A DNA stretch of 64,000 nucleotides from Fibrobacterales bacterium (GCA_051532035.1 JAOPTW010000006.1:1-64000), one strand, 5' to 3'. Counted from the first letter of the stretch, positions 29,106-39,685 are shown. Numbers and translations: made by a program. The notes: generated by a model not told the origin, from the letters alone.

Positions 29106-30857
29106 TTACTCTTCATCCCAAGAGGTAATTTTGTATTCATACCCCTGCTCTGCAAGAAAGAGCTGACGTTTCATTGCAAACTCTTGTTCCCGCGACTCTT
29201 TTGTTACGACACTAAAAAAGTGCGCCTGGCCACCGTTTGCTTTAGGACGCAGTACTCGTCCAAGACGCTGCGCTTCTTCTTGACGAGATCCAAAGGTACC
29301 AGAAATTTGAATAAGTACATTCGCATCGGGAAGGTCAATAGCAAAGTTTCCGACTTTTGAAACAATCAATTTTTTCTCTTCGCCCGTTCTAAACTTTTTA
29401 TACAAAACATCACGGTCAGTATTTTTCATCTTACCCGTAATAACGGGTATACCCAATACCTCTGCAAGGTCATGGAGTTGTTCCAAATATTGTCCGATAA
29501 TAAGCACTCGATCCTCTTCACCAGAGAATGTTTCCATAATACTATTAATTACTTCATTTTTACGTTTGTTACACGAAGCAATTTTAATTTTATCTTTCAT
29601 CTCTGCAACGGCGTATTCCATACGTTGACTCGGGTCGAGCTTAATACGTATTTCTTCACAGTTTGCTTTTGCAATCCATCCTTGGGCCTCAAGGTTTTTC
29701 CAAGGAACATCATATTTTTTAGGGCCAATCAAAGAAAATACTTCAGTCTCTTTGCCATCTTCACGAATAAGTGTTGCAGTAAGCCCTAAACGACGGGTTG
29801 CCTGCATCTCTGCGGAGACTCTAAATACCGGAGCAGGGAGAAGGTGTACTTCATCATAAATAATGAGACCCCAGTTATTTTTTTCAAAAAGGTTAAAGTG
29901 AGGATACTCAATTTTTACCACTTCACTTTCCGAGAGGCCCGCAATTTTCTTTTTGTACTCCTTCTCGTCCTCTTTTTCTTTTTTGGTCTTTCTTTTCCGT
30001 TGAGTAAGTATTTGATAGGTTGCAATAGTAACATCACCAATCTCTTTAACATCACCTGAATACTCTTTAATATCAGACTCATCCATGTCGGTCTTATCAA
30101 CAATCTCACGGATCCATTGACGAGCCGATGTTACATTGGGTGAAAGAATCAAGGTTTTACTTTTAATCAATGCCATCGCCGCAATCCCAACGATTGTTTT
30201 CCCCGCGCCACAAGGAAGTACGATAACCCCTGAACCACCTTTGTCATTACCCGAAGCATAAAAAACATCCGCACTCGCTTTTTGATAATCACGAATAACA
30301 AGGGGCTCACCATTTTGTAAAATACGTTCACGAAGGTTGATATCAAGAGGATCTCCCAAGACATATCCTGCAAGGTCTCGTACAGGGAACCCTAAGTTGG
30401 TCAACACCATTTTTAGGCGCCCACGGGTTTCGGGACGGACACTAAAACGATTTTCATCTATCTTATCAAGTAAAAATGGTTGTACCGATTTATTGAGCGA
30501 AATCTCGAAGATCAGCCGATCATCATCACTCTCGAGCATAAGACGGTCACCATCTTTTGCCAAAATAAGCTTTCCATAGCGACCCATGTATTCACCCACT
30601 TCAGTAATCACAGGAGCTGGCACAGGAAACTTTGCATACTGTTCGAGACGCGAAACTACATCATCAGGCGTTAACCCCGCAGAAGCAGCATTCCAAAGTG
30701 ACAAGTGTGAGATACGATAGGTGTGCATATGCTCAGGGCTTTTCACCAGTTCGGTAAAGGGCGCAATTGAATCACGTGCCGCAATATAATGCTCATTATC
30801 TACTTCAACTAATATCTCTAAATCACTCTGAACGATTAGGGGACCATTAACAACCAA
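29106..30857 (-). CDS. XPB/Rad25-type SF2 DNA helicase
   Basis: GPLIVQSD, KSPEHMHTY, LPCGAGKT, DEVH, LGLTATLIRED and QEEAQRLGR motifs. TTG start at 30857 after GAGG. Confidence 0.93.
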   Translation of the reverse strand: MVVNGPLIVQSDLEILVEVDNEHYIAARDSIAPFTELVKSPEHMHTYRISHLSLWNAASAGLTPDDVVSRLEQYAKFPVPAPVITEVGEYMGRYGKLILAKDGDRLMLESDDDRLIFEISLNKSVQPFLLDKIDENRFSVRPETRGRLKMVLTNLGFPVRDLAGYVLGDPLDINLRERILQNGEPLVIRDYQKASADVFYASGNDKGGSGVIVLPCGAGKTIVGIAAMALIKSKTLILSPNVTSARQWIREIVDKTDMDESDIKEYSGDVKEIGDVTIATYQILTQRKRKTKKEKEDEKEYKKKIAGLSESEVVKIEYPHFNLFEKNNWGLIIYDEVHLLPAPVFRVSAEMQATRRLGLTATLIREDGKETEVFSLIGPKKYDVPWKNLEAQGWIAKANCEEIRIKLDPSQRMEYAVAEMKDKIKIASCNKRKNEVINSIMETFSGEEDRVLIIGQYLEQLHDLAEVLGIPVITGKMKNTDRDVLYKKFRTGEEKKLIVSKVGNFAIDLPDANVLIQISGTFGSRQEEAQRLGRVLRPKANGGQAHFFSVVTKESREQEFAMKRQLFLAEQGYEYKITSWDEE

Positions 30858-30993
30858 AAGAACCTCGACAAATTTTTGAACGCGGTAAATGTAGTAATAA
30901 AAGCAAGGGTCAGGAGAGAGAGCTCCCAGTTTGAAGAAGAGAATCTCCAATCAAAGATTTTCGTTGAAATTTAAGTGAATCTTTTTGAACTGG

Positions 30994-32454
30994 CTATAAA
31001 TCGAGGATAAGCAAGGTTATATCATCTTTGAGAGAGAGACCACTGGTAAATTCAAAATGATCTTTAAGCAAAAGCTCTAAGAAATCACTGCAATTTTTAT
31101 TTGCATAGAGATACGTCATCTCCATGAGCCGCTCCAAGGTATACATAGAGCCAGCACTATTTTTTGCTTCAACAATTCCATCGGTAAACAGCACCAATCG
31201 ACTCTCTTCCTCAAGCTCAATTTGATTATCAACACAAGTCAAATCTCCAAAAGCTCCAATTATTGCCTGAGTCGAGGTAAGCTTTTTAATTGAATTATCC
31301 TTATCCAGTAAGATTACCGGATCATGACCTGAGCTCGTATAAGTAAGCACCCGTGATGATTGATCGAATATTCCGTAAAAAAGTGTCACGAAATGATCTG
31401 ACTGTACCTCTTCGACAAATGCTCGATTAATCGACTCAATAGTTTCTGCTGGCTTTGAAAATGTACGTGATTTCGTCTTAAGCAGCACCTTAAACATGGA
31501 CATTATCAGCGCAGCTGAAACACCATGACCCGAAACATCCGCAATGACAATTGCCAATTTTCCAGGGGCAAGCTCAAAACAGTCATAATAGTCTCCCCCA
31601 ACTCGGTTGGTTGACTCATAGTGAGATGATACATCCAGCACTAAATCCATAGGAAACTCTTTAGGAAGGAGCTTTTTCTGAATAGCATGAGCACTCGTAA
31701 GCTCTTTCTGAATCACTTTATTGGCCTCTTTAAGGGCTACATTGGTCAATCGAAGCTTTTCATTCGCTTCTCGAAGCTTTTGCTGGCTATTAAAGGCCTC
31801 TAATATCATTGCCGTCTGGTACATGAGCCCTGTAATTACCGAAACCTCTTCACTCGTGATCATATCCCGAGAGTCAAGACCCAAAATCATCACTCCAAGG
31901 CACTTAAATTCCGGACAGCTACAGCATGCCTTTCGGTACTCATCTTCAGAAAGCTCTTTATCTTTTGCATAATTACTGAAGTCACTCCACCAATAGGGTG
32001 TTGTCGCCTGTGCACAAGGGCATTCGGGGTTTCCACAGGTGATAATATCACCCCGTTCATCAAAGGTCCGCGAAACCAAAGGAAACGCAGCGTACTGGGC
32101 TATTCCCAAGTGATGCACCACATCATCCTCACCAATATCATCAACTATTATATGTTGATTACAAAAAAGAGCATCGGTATAGGCCCCCGAAAAAAAATCG
32201 AGCCCAAATTCTAATTCAAATAATTTTGACTCATCACAGCCTAAGCTACGCACTGGAACTAGGGTAAATGTTTCAGCACTGATTTCGAAAAAAACCTGTT
32301 GTTTAAAGTGAAGCATCTCTTTGAGCCCCAAAGAGATGGATGTATAGAGGGATTTTAAGTCTCGAGACGATGAAATAGCTCGCCCAATATCATGGGTTAC
32401 TGCAAAAGCACTCTGTTGCTGCTTTAATCGTTCTTCAAACTCTTCTAAATTCAC
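30994..32454 (-). CDS. GAF-like + coiled-coil + SpoIIE/PP2C phosphatase (RsbU-like)
   Basis: VGGDYYD, IADVSGHG, FTDG and DDITL motifs. Confidence 0.9.
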   Translation of the reverse strand: MNLEEFEERLKQQQSAFAVTHDIGRAISSSRDLKSLYTSISLGLKEMLHFKQQVFFEISAETFTLVPVRSLGCDESKLFELEFGLDFFSGAYTDALFCNQHIIVDDIGEDDVVHHLGIAQYAAFPLVSRTFDERGDIITCGNPECPCAQATTPYWWSDFSNYAKDKELSEDEYRKACCSCPEFKCLGVMILGLDSRDMITSEEVSVITGLMYQTAMILEAFNSQQKLREANEKLRLTNVALKEANKVIQKELTSAHAIQKKLLPKEFPMDLVLDVSSHYESTNRVGGDYYDCFELAPGKLAIVIADVSGHGVSAALIMSMFKVLLKTKSRTFSKPAETIESINRAFVEEVQSDHFVTLFYGIFDQSSRVLTYTSSGHDPVILLDKDNSIKKLTSTQAIIGAFGDLTCVDNQIELEEESRLVLFTDGIVEAKNSAGSMYTLERLMEMTYLYANKNCSDFLELLLKDHFEFTSGLSLKDDITLLILDL

Positions 32455-32659
32455 TCACCATCTCCGGGTCGTGTCACCGTTACCTAACTCACTGTCCAAA
32501 TGTCACTATTACCCTCTAATAGTCTCATTTTTTTACTTTTTAGGCTACCCTTTATTGCCTCTCTTAAACAATTGCAACTAATTGGGATAAATAGGGTTGC
32601 AAGAAAAGCACTAAAATCTAACTTTAGATCCCGATTTTCACTGTATACAAAGAGATACC

Positions 32660-33370
32660 ATGACAGAAGAAACCCAAAATCACGATAAGCTCCAGGCTTC
32701 AGTACACAAAAGTGTTGAGCACGTAAGAACCAAGTTGGTTCCCGATTATGGATCAAAACTTGTTATTGCCCTTATTGTTATTGCTGCGTTAATCGTCGGC
32801 TTCATTTCAATGAAAAATGGCGATGCTCAAAAGATTAAAGCTGACCGTGAGACTCTCGGTAAAGCGATCTATTTTCTTAACACCAACGCAAACGACTCTG
32901 CGGAAGCAATACTTCAGGACATTTTTACCAAAGCTGAAATTGCACCTTCTATTGCAGCGAAAGGCGCGCTTCTCTATGGCAACCTCTTGTTAGAAAAAGG
33001 TGATATTGCTGGAGCACAAGAGAAATTTTCTCAAGCGATTGCAAATGCTCACACACAACTGATGATTAAATCTGCCGCTGAACATGGTCTTGCAACCAGT
33101 TATATTCAACAGAAGGAGTATGCAAAAGCAGTTGTAGCGCTCAATGTCTATACACAAAAATATGCACGCAAGACTTCTGCTCTTCCTGGGGTTGAATCTC
33201 CTGCAGACCTTGTTGTCGATATTCCTGATGTTCTCTGGAAAATTGCACTGTGTCAAAAAGAGCTTAAAGATACTGCAGCAGCAAAAGCAGCATGTCAAAA
33301 AATCATTGAACTCTACAATGCAAACAGACAGTATAGCTCAAAAGCACAAGCTCTTCTTGCTTCACTGTAA
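32660..33370 (+). CDS. Membrane-anchored TPR protein (YfgM-like)
   Basis: Single N-terminal TM followed by TPR helices. Confidence 0.75.
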   Translation: MTEETQNHDKLQASVHKSVEHVRTKLVPDYGSKLVIALIVIAALIVGFISMKNGDAQKIKADRETLGKAIYFLNTNANDSAEAILQDIFTKAEIAPSIAAKGALLYGNLLLEKGDIAGAQEKFSQAIANAHTQLMIKSAAEHGLATSYIQQKEYAKAVVALNVYTQKYARKTSALPGVESPADLVVDIPDVLWKIALCQKELKDTAAAKAACQKIIELYNANRQYSSKAQALLASL

Positions 33371-33392
33371 TTACTTCTGTTCTTAGACTTGT

Positions 33393-33420
33393 AAGGCTCC
33401 TCAATCGAGGAGCCTTTTTT
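33393..33420 (+). terminator. Intrinsic terminator
   Basis: AAGGCTCCTC-AATC-GAGGAGCCTT followed by a T-run. Confidence 0.9.
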
Positions 33421-33514
33421 ATTCTCATTTTTAATACTCAACCCAGATATGTAAAATTACAAGTAGTGCCTATTTGTTCACTATAGTCCTATCACAAAAT
33501 ACTATCTTTGAGCT

Positions 33515-35482
33515 ATGCGCGAGTTTCAGTTAGAATCAGAATATAGCCCAGCAGGTGATCAACCTAAGGCAATTAAAGATCTAGTAACCAATTTTAATAC
33601 CGGTGATACACACCAGGTGTTAATGGGTGTTACCGGATCCGGTAAAACCTATACCATGGCCAATGTCATTCAACAGCTCAAGAAAAAAACGCTGATAATG
33701 ACTCACAACAAAACTCTCGCAGCACAGCTCTATCAAGAGTTTAAAGGTTTTTTCCCCCACAATGCCGTTGAGTATTTTGTCAGCTATTATGACTACTATC
33801 AACCTGAAGCATACGTGGTTCGCAGTGATACCTTTATTGAAAAAGATGCCAGTATCAATGATGAAATTGACAAACTCCGTATGCGTTCAACGACGAGCCT
33901 TCTTACCCGTGACGATGTAATCGTCATTGCATCGGTATCTTGTATTTATGGACTCGGCAACCCAAAAGAGTGGGAAGAGATGATGCTCAATCTCACCGTG
34001 GGTATGGAGATTGACCGGGATGATATGCTTCGTCACCTTGTTGAGATTCAATATAGTCGTGACGACATTGACCTTAAGCGCGGCACCTTTCGAGCACGAG
34101 GTGATGTAGTGGAAATCCACCCCTCCTACGAAGATTTTGCCTACCGTATCGAGATGTTTGGGGATGAAATTGAAGCGATCCACGCTATTGATATTTTAAC
34201 TGGGAAAAAACAGGACGCTCTCTCCAAAGTGTTAGTCGCCCCCGCCAAACACTTTGTTACTGGTGAAGCAGATATCGAACGGATTATACATGATGCCAAA
34301 AATGAGATGAAGGCCCGTGTAATTGAACTCCGGAAAGCAGACAAGCTTATTGAAGCACAGCGCCTTGAGTCTCGAGTGAACTACGACATGGAGATGCTCG
34401 AAGAGACGGGATCATTTTCCGGTATTGAAAACTACTCTCGTGTAATAGAAAATCGGCCTGAGGGAAGCCGCCCTTCAACATTGATCGACTTCTTTGGTGA
34501 TGACTTCCTCCTTATCCTCGATGAATCTCATGTAAGCATTCCTCAAATTGGTGGCATGTATGGTGGTGACCGTTCTCGAAAAATTAACCTTGTCGACTAT
34601 GGTTTTCGCCTTCCCAGCGCCCTTGACAACAGGCCAATGAATTTTAGTGAGTTTGAAGAAAGTAACCCCTCAACCATACTCTATGTATCTGCAACACCGG
34701 GTAAATACGAAATGGAACAAACTGGAGGGGCAGTTGTAGAGCAGGTGATTCGGCCAACAGGGCTCCTTGACCCTATTATAGAGATACACCCGTCTGAAAA
34801 TCAGATCGACTACCTTATCGAAAACATTCAACAAGCAGTCAAAAAAAATGAACGAGTATTAGTTACAACTCTCACTAAAAAAATGGCAGAAGATCTGACT
34901 GACTTCTTGAAAGAGGCCAAAATAAAAGTAACCTACATGCACTCAGATATCAAGACCCTTGAGCGTACTGAAATCATCGCTGGGTTACGCAATGGAACAA
35001 ATGATGTACTTGTAGGAATTAACCTATTAAGAGAAGGCCTTGATATCCCCGAAGTTTCACTTGTCGCAATACTTGATGCTGACAAAGAAGGGTTTCTACG
35101 TAGTTACCGCTCCCTGATACAAACCATGGGCCGAGCTGCACGAAATGTAAATGGCCGTGTTATCCTTTTTGCCGACAAGACAACTGATAGTATGAAAATT
35201 GCGATTGATGAAACCCAACGACGACGCGCGCTTCAAGAAGAACATAATCTAAAACATGGTATCACTCCAAAAACGGTTAAGAAAAAGGTTGCTGACACCA
35301 TTAAAATTGTAGACCCTCTCGAGGAGGCAACAAAAGGTATTGCTACGACCGCCCAAGAGGATCGCGATGCTGATTTAACACCAGAAGATCTCGAAGCACG
35401 CATGCATGAAGCAGCGGCAAACCTCGATTTTGAAGAGGCAGCACGCCTCAGAGATCTTCTTATTGATTTAGAAAAGGATTAA
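33515..35482 (+). CDS. uvrB: Excinuclease ABC subunit B
   Basis: [39 protein letters not shown] and C-terminal UVR motif. Confidence 0.99.
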   Translation: MREFQLESEYSPAGDQPKAIKDLVTNFNTGDTHQVLMGVTGSGKTYTMANVIQQLKKKTLIMTHNKTLAAQLYQEFKGFFPHNAVEYFVSYYDYYQPEAYVVRSDTFIEKDASINDEIDKLRMRSTTSLLTRDDVIVIASVSCIYGLGNPKEWEEMMLNLTVGMEIDRDDMLRHLVEIQYSRDDIDLKRGTFRARGDVVEIHPSYEDFAYRIEMFGDEIEAIHAIDILTGKKQDALSKVLVAPAKHFVTGEADIERIIHDAKNEMKARVIELRKADKLIEAQRLESRVNYDMEMLEETGSFSGIENYSRVIENRPEGSRPSTLIDFFGDDFLLILDESHVSIPQIGGMYGGDRSRKINLVDYGFRLPSALDNRPMNFSEFEESNPSTILYVSATPGKYEMEQTGGAVVEQVIRPTGLLDPIIEIHPSENQIDYLIENIQQAVKKNERVLVTTLTKKMAEDLTDFLKEAKIKVTYMHSDIKTLERTEIIAGLRNGTNDVLVGINLLREGLDIPEVSLVAILDADKEGFLRSYRSLIQTMGRAARNVNGRVILFADKTTDSMKIAIDETQRRRALQEEHNLKHGITPKTVKKKVADTIKIVDPLEEATKGIATTAQEDRDADLTPEDLEARMHEAAANLDFEEAARLRDLLIDLEKD

Positions 35483-35594
35483 TCCCCCTCAGTCATATCA
35501 TTTTGACTAGACTACCATCTAATGAGCCCCTAATTGTTGTACAAATTTAAGGTTATTAGGTACATTTATCCTGAGGATTGCTCGAGGAACAACA

Positions 35595-37001
35595 ATGAGA
35601 ATTATAATAGTTGGTGCAGGTACTGTAGGGAAACAACTCGCGGGAAGACTCTGTGAAGAAGGTCATGATATCATTGTTATTGATCATAATCACAACAAGC
35701 TCCGTCTCCTTGAAGAGTACTATGATCTCCAGACTATTACCGGTGATGGAACCAGTATTAATGTACTCGAAACAGCCAACATTGCAAAGTCTGACCTTGT
35801 CATCAGTGTTACCAACTCAGATGCCTCTAATGTGCTCATTGGTAAACTCGCTTCTCAGATGCAGCCCAAAACTAAAAACCGCGTTGCACGAATTCGTTCA
35901 TCACAATGTTTTCTCGATCCAACAATTTTAACTCCCAATGACATGGGGATAAACCTAGTGATCTTCCCTGAAGATGAAGCCGCCCGAGAGATCCATAACC
36001 TCATTTTACGTCCCTTTGCCGACCAGTGCTTTCAGTTCCTCGATAATAGAATTGAAATTGCCAGCCTTACCATACATGACAATCATAAATTAGTCAATGT
36101 TACTCCTGACCAACTCCCTAAACTCTGTAAACACCCCTTTAAAATTGTCTGCATTGTTCGAGATGAAAAACCTATTATCCCTGTTAACTGGCACGGGTCA
36201 TTTCTCCCCGCTGATAAACTCTATATTGGAGCAGAAAACCAACACCTCACCTCTGTTGTTGAAGACCTAGGGTTCCCAGTAAAGCCATTCAAAAAAATAT
36301 TTATCTACGGTGGTGATAATGTGGGAATGCAGGTAGCGCGTGAATTAGAAACTACTGACATTCAAGTGAATATCATTGAGTCATCGAGACAGCGAACCAA
36401 AGAGATGGCTTTTCTCCTAAACAAAGCCCTCGTGCTCCATGGTGAAGGCACTGATTCTAACCTCTTGGAAGGTGAAGGAGTCTCTGAAGCTGAAGCATTT
36501 ATCGCTGCAACTCAGGATGAAAATGCTAACCTACTCTCATGCCTATTAGCCAAACGCCTTGGCGCCAAAAAGACCATTAGCCTTGTTGCTAAACCAGACT
36601 TTGTTCCCCTCATTTCTAACCTCAATGTAGACTCCGTGATTTCACAACGTCTTATTACCATTAACAAAATTATGCAATTTGTGCGCCGTGGAGCCATTAA
36701 AGCAGTGGAAGAACTTATTGAAGATAAAGTCCAAGCATTACAATTTAATATTACAGAACAGACACTGGTCACCAACGAAAAACTCAGCTCTGATGCATTC
36801 AAAAGCGAGTTTCCCTCCAATGCAATCATAGTAGGCCTTATTCGTAAAGAGAACGCTGATGACGAGGGGAAAAATGGTGAAGGTATCGTTACCAAAAATG
36901 CATTTATACCTGATGGCAATACAGAGCTTAAATTTGGCGACACCGTACTGCTCGTTTGTGCAAATAAAACACTCCCTAAGCTAGAAGAGTTCTTTGCGTA
37001 A
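35595..37001 (+). CDS. trkA: Trk potassium uptake NAD-binding subunit TrkA
   Basis: Two RCK N/C repeats (IVGAGTVG; IYGGDNVG), DENANLL, AKRLGA. Confidence 0.92.
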   Translation: MRIIIVGAGTVGKQLAGRLCEEGHDIIVIDHNHNKLRLLEEYYDLQTITGDGTSINVLETANIAKSDLVISVTNSDASNVLIGKLASQMQPKTKNRVARIRSSQCFLDPTILTPNDMGINLVIFPEDEAAREIHNLILRPFADQCFQFLDNRIEIASLTIHDNHKLVNVTPDQLPKLCKHPFKIVCIVRDEKPIIPVNWHGSFLPADKLYIGAENQHLTSVVEDLGFPVKPFKKIFIYGGDNVGMQVARELETTDIQVNIIESSRQRTKEMAFLLNKALVLHGEGTDSNLLEGEGVSEAEAFIAATQDENANLLSCLLAKRLGAKKTISLVAKPDFVPLISNLNVDSVISQRLITINKIMQFVRRGAIKAVEELIEDKVQALQFNITEQTLVTNEKLSSDAFKSEFPSNAIIVGLIRKENADDEGKNGEGIVTKNAFIPDGNTELKFGDTVLLVCANKTLPKLEEFFA

Positions 37002-37062
37002 CGAACTTTAGCCTAAAATAGAGATATAAAACTCCAGTTCCTCAAATTCATATTTTTTTCAT

Positions 37063-37089
37063 TAAGTCCTATTTTTGAAAATCCGATAT
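37063..37089 (+). promoter_or_regulatory. sigma28-like promoter
   Basis: TAAG-TCCTATTTTTGAAAA(15 nt)-TCCGATAT. Confidence 0.6.
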
Positions 37090-37096
37090 TGAAATT

Positions 37097-37200
37097 ATAG
37101 ACACCATTAGATGCCCTAATGGAGGCGCTATCATTTTAGAAAGGGTTCCACGGATGGATGTATGCTTCAGGGATGAAGGCAAGCCCCTTGCCATAATCGT
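37097..37200 (+). ncRNA. Candidate CsrA/RsmA-binding small RNA (or regulatory leader)
   Basis: Hairpins TCCA-CGGA-TGGA (37147-37158) and CTTCA-GGGA-TGAAG (37165-37178), both containing CANGGAUG; flanking stems CCATTAG/CTAATGG and GGCAAG/CTTGCC. Ends are approximate. Confidence 0.5.
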
Positions 37201-37299
37201 TCTAATATTTAAAAAATTCTCTCCAGAGTTCAGAGTTCGGACTTGAGAGCAGACTCAAATTGCTATATTGCTGTGTAATAACAAACCACAGGATTTGCG

Positions 37300-39171
37300 G
37301 TGCTTGCTCAAGTAAAAAAACGGATTAAAAACTCTGAAATATTAGCGGTCTCTCAACGCATTGCCCAAAATAAGATCCCCTCATACAAATATCGTCCTTT
37401 GACCGATACTGAAGTTGAAGAACTTATTCAGAATGGTAATACCTGTGATGATTGGACCCGTATTCAGGTTGACCTCCAATTCTCCACTACCCAAATACGC
37501 AATACTACTTTTTGTGGGAACGTTTACCTGCCCAAATTCTTTGGCAACCTCATGGCACCCGGTGGAGTTTCAGTCCCTGCGGGCATTTTTAATTCATCTA
37601 TTAATAACAGTATTATTGAGAACTGCCACCTCTTTAATGTCTCGACTCTCTCGAATACTATTGTTTCTCACAGTGCCCTTCTTCGCAATGTGGGTTCTGT
37701 AATTGGCTCAGGGAAAACCCATTTTGGAGTAGGTCGCAAGCTCAACATCGGTGATGAAACGGGCAATAGAACATTACTTGCCTTTCCAGAGATCGATCTC
37801 ACTATCGCAACAGCGGTGATAATGAATAAAGATGATATCGATTTTCAAAATGAGTACACTGAACTCATTGAAGAATATCGAGAAAACTCACTCTCACCTT
37901 TTACCTTTATCGACCAAGAGGTGATTATTTCTAATACCACCAACATTCGTAATGCATGGATTGGTCGAAATGCCCGTATCGATGGTGCTATTCGTATAAA
38001 AAACTCTGTGATACTGAGCTCAATGGAGCAACCGAGTGCAGTCTATGATGGAGCCATTATAGAGAATACAACACTACAATGGGGTTGTGAAGTATGTTCA
38101 TTAGCCCTTGTTGACCACTCAATCCTCCTAGAAGAATCATCAGCCTCCAAACAAGTTAAGATTACACACTCGGTCATCGGCTCTAACACACACCCTGAAT
38201 CAGGAGAGATCACCTCTTCACTCGTAGGCCCATTTGTAGGCATGCACCATCAATCACTTCTTATTGCGGCGCTCTGGCCCGATGGCTGTGGCAACGTTGG
38301 ATATGGAGCGAATGTGGGGAGCAACCATACAGGCCGTCTTCCCGATCAAGAGATCTACCCTGGACAAGGGATGTTTTTTGGCCTCAGTACCAGCGTTAAA
38401 TTCCCCGCAAACTACTCAGAATCGCCATGGTCACTTATTGCTACAGGGGTCACCACACTCCCTCAACGTCTTAAATTCCCCTTCTCCCTTATTACCGAGA
38501 GCCAAGGAAGCGTACCTCAACACCTCCTTCACCTCAACGAACTCCAACCTGGATGGGTTTTTAGTTACAACGCATTTGCCCTAGCCCGGAATGAAATTAA
38601 ATTTTCAAAGCGAGATAAAAGTCGTCGGAATACAGCCCCCTACACGTATATCAGCAAAAAAACAGCCCAGCTCGTACTTGCAGCATGGCATCGCCTCAAC
38701 ACTGTTGTACGCATTAAAGAGTATTATACTGAGAGCGATATTGAAGGACTGGGGAAAAATTATCTCACTGAATCAAAGAGACAACAAGCACTTCTTGCAT
38801 ATGCTGACTATCTTGAGATGTACGCTCTTCAACGAATCATTTCTAAACTTGAAGTAAAAGAGGAGCTCCTGGCGTCAGATAAGCCAACCGTTAAAAAACT
38901 CTTTAACAATGACATTATGAGAGATATTGCACGTATTGTAACGTTTCCCGCCTCTACCATTCAACTACTCAAACGCTATCGCAAAGTTGAAAGCGCATGG
39001 AACGATGCCATAAAAGAGTCAATTCAAAAGGACTTTGATCGTGGAATAAAGGTTTTTGATGATTATATCGATATCCACACACCAGATGAGCCCTCATTAC
39101 AGTTCATCCAAAATACTTTTGACAAAAATAGGAAAAGGGCAAACAACTTGATTGCCCTCGCTCAGAACTAG
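37300..39171 (+). CDS. DUF4954-like protein (left-handed beta-helix repeats)
   Basis: YRPLT..E...L..NGNTCDDW N-terminus, hexapeptide-like repeats, GPFVGMHHQSLLIAALWP, GANVGSNHT. Confidence 0.8.
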   Translation: MLAQVKKRIKNSEILAVSQRIAQNKIPSYKYRPLTDTEVEELIQNGNTCDDWTRIQVDLQFSTTQIRNTTFCGNVYLPKFFGNLMAPGGVSVPAGIFNSSINNSIIENCHLFNVSTLSNTIVSHSALLRNVGSVIGSGKTHFGVGRKLNIGDETGNRTLLAFPEIDLTIATAVIMNKDDIDFQNEYTELIEEYRENSLSPFTFIDQEVIISNTTNIRNAWIGRNARIDGAIRIKNSVILSSMEQPSAVYDGAIIENTTLQWGCEVCSLALVDHSILLEESSASKQVKITHSVIGSNTHPESGEITSSLVGPFVGMHHQSLLIAALWPDGCGNVGYGANVGSNHTGRLPDQEIYPGQGMFFGLSTSVKFPANYSESPWSLIATGVTTLPQRLKFPFSLITESQGSVPQHLLHLNELQPGWVFSYNAFALARNEIKFSKRDKSRRNTAPYTYISKKTAQLVLAAWHRLNTVVRIKEYYTESDIEGLGKNYLTESKRQQALLAYADYLEMYALQRIISKLEVKEELLASDKPTVKKLFNNDIMRDIARIVTFPASTIQLLKRYRKVESAWNDAIKESIQKDFDRGIKVFDDYIDIHTPDEPSLQFIQNTFDKNRKRANNLIALAQN

Positions 39172-39217
39172 AAGTCGCTCATTCGGTTTTCCAACCAAAT
39201 GAGATTCTATATCATTT

Positions 39218-39511
39218 CTAGATTAAATCGAGCGTATCAGATATCATCGTACCTTGAACAGCAACATTCATACTGCTTCCAAGCATATCGAGGCCAGTAA
39301 GATGACCCGCCGATTGCATCGCTTTTTGATTTTGTTCTGCAATTTGCGTTGACACACTACTGATATCATTTATAACCGCTTCTTGAGAGTATCGTTCTTT
39401 AACTTCACTTTCATCAGATACTCCCTGTTCAACAACTTTTTTATACGAAGTAACACCACTGGTTTGTGGTTGTACTCCCCCTCCTGGGGCGTTTGATTGT
39501 ATTGGATCCAT
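39218..39511 (-). CDS. Small hypothetical protein, probably a late (sigma28) flagellar-regulon gene
   Basis: GGAGG RBS 8 nt before ATG 39511 (MDPIQSN...); perfect sigma28 promoter upstream. Confidence 0.7.
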   Translation of the reverse strand: MDPIQSNAPGGGVQPQTSGVTSYKKVVEQGVSDESEVKERYSQEAVINDISSVSTQIAEQNQKAMQSAGHLTGLDMLGSSMNVAVQGTMISDTLDLI

Positions 39512-39658
39512 TTTCATTCCCTCCATAGAACGAATAGTTCATCGCAAGCGTTTCCATGCTCACTCTTATTGAAAGGGTCGAGACTCTGTATTGATCAGAT
39601 ACACGCTCTCCAACGCGCATCCAGTCACTCCGCCTCGGGACTCTTTCCCCTAGTATTA

Positions 39659-39685
39659 TTATCGGCAGGATATTAAAAACCTTTA
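39659..39685 (-). promoter_or_regulatory. sigma28 (FliA) promoter, perfect consensus
   Basis: Minus strand TAAA-GGTTTTTAATATCCT(15 nt)-GCCGATAA. Confidence 0.88.

Noticed and set aside
37154..37246. 30 aa ORF (MDVCFRDEG...) within the candidate sRNA
   Set aside because: No properly spaced RBS; the RNA hairpin pattern explains the sequence better.
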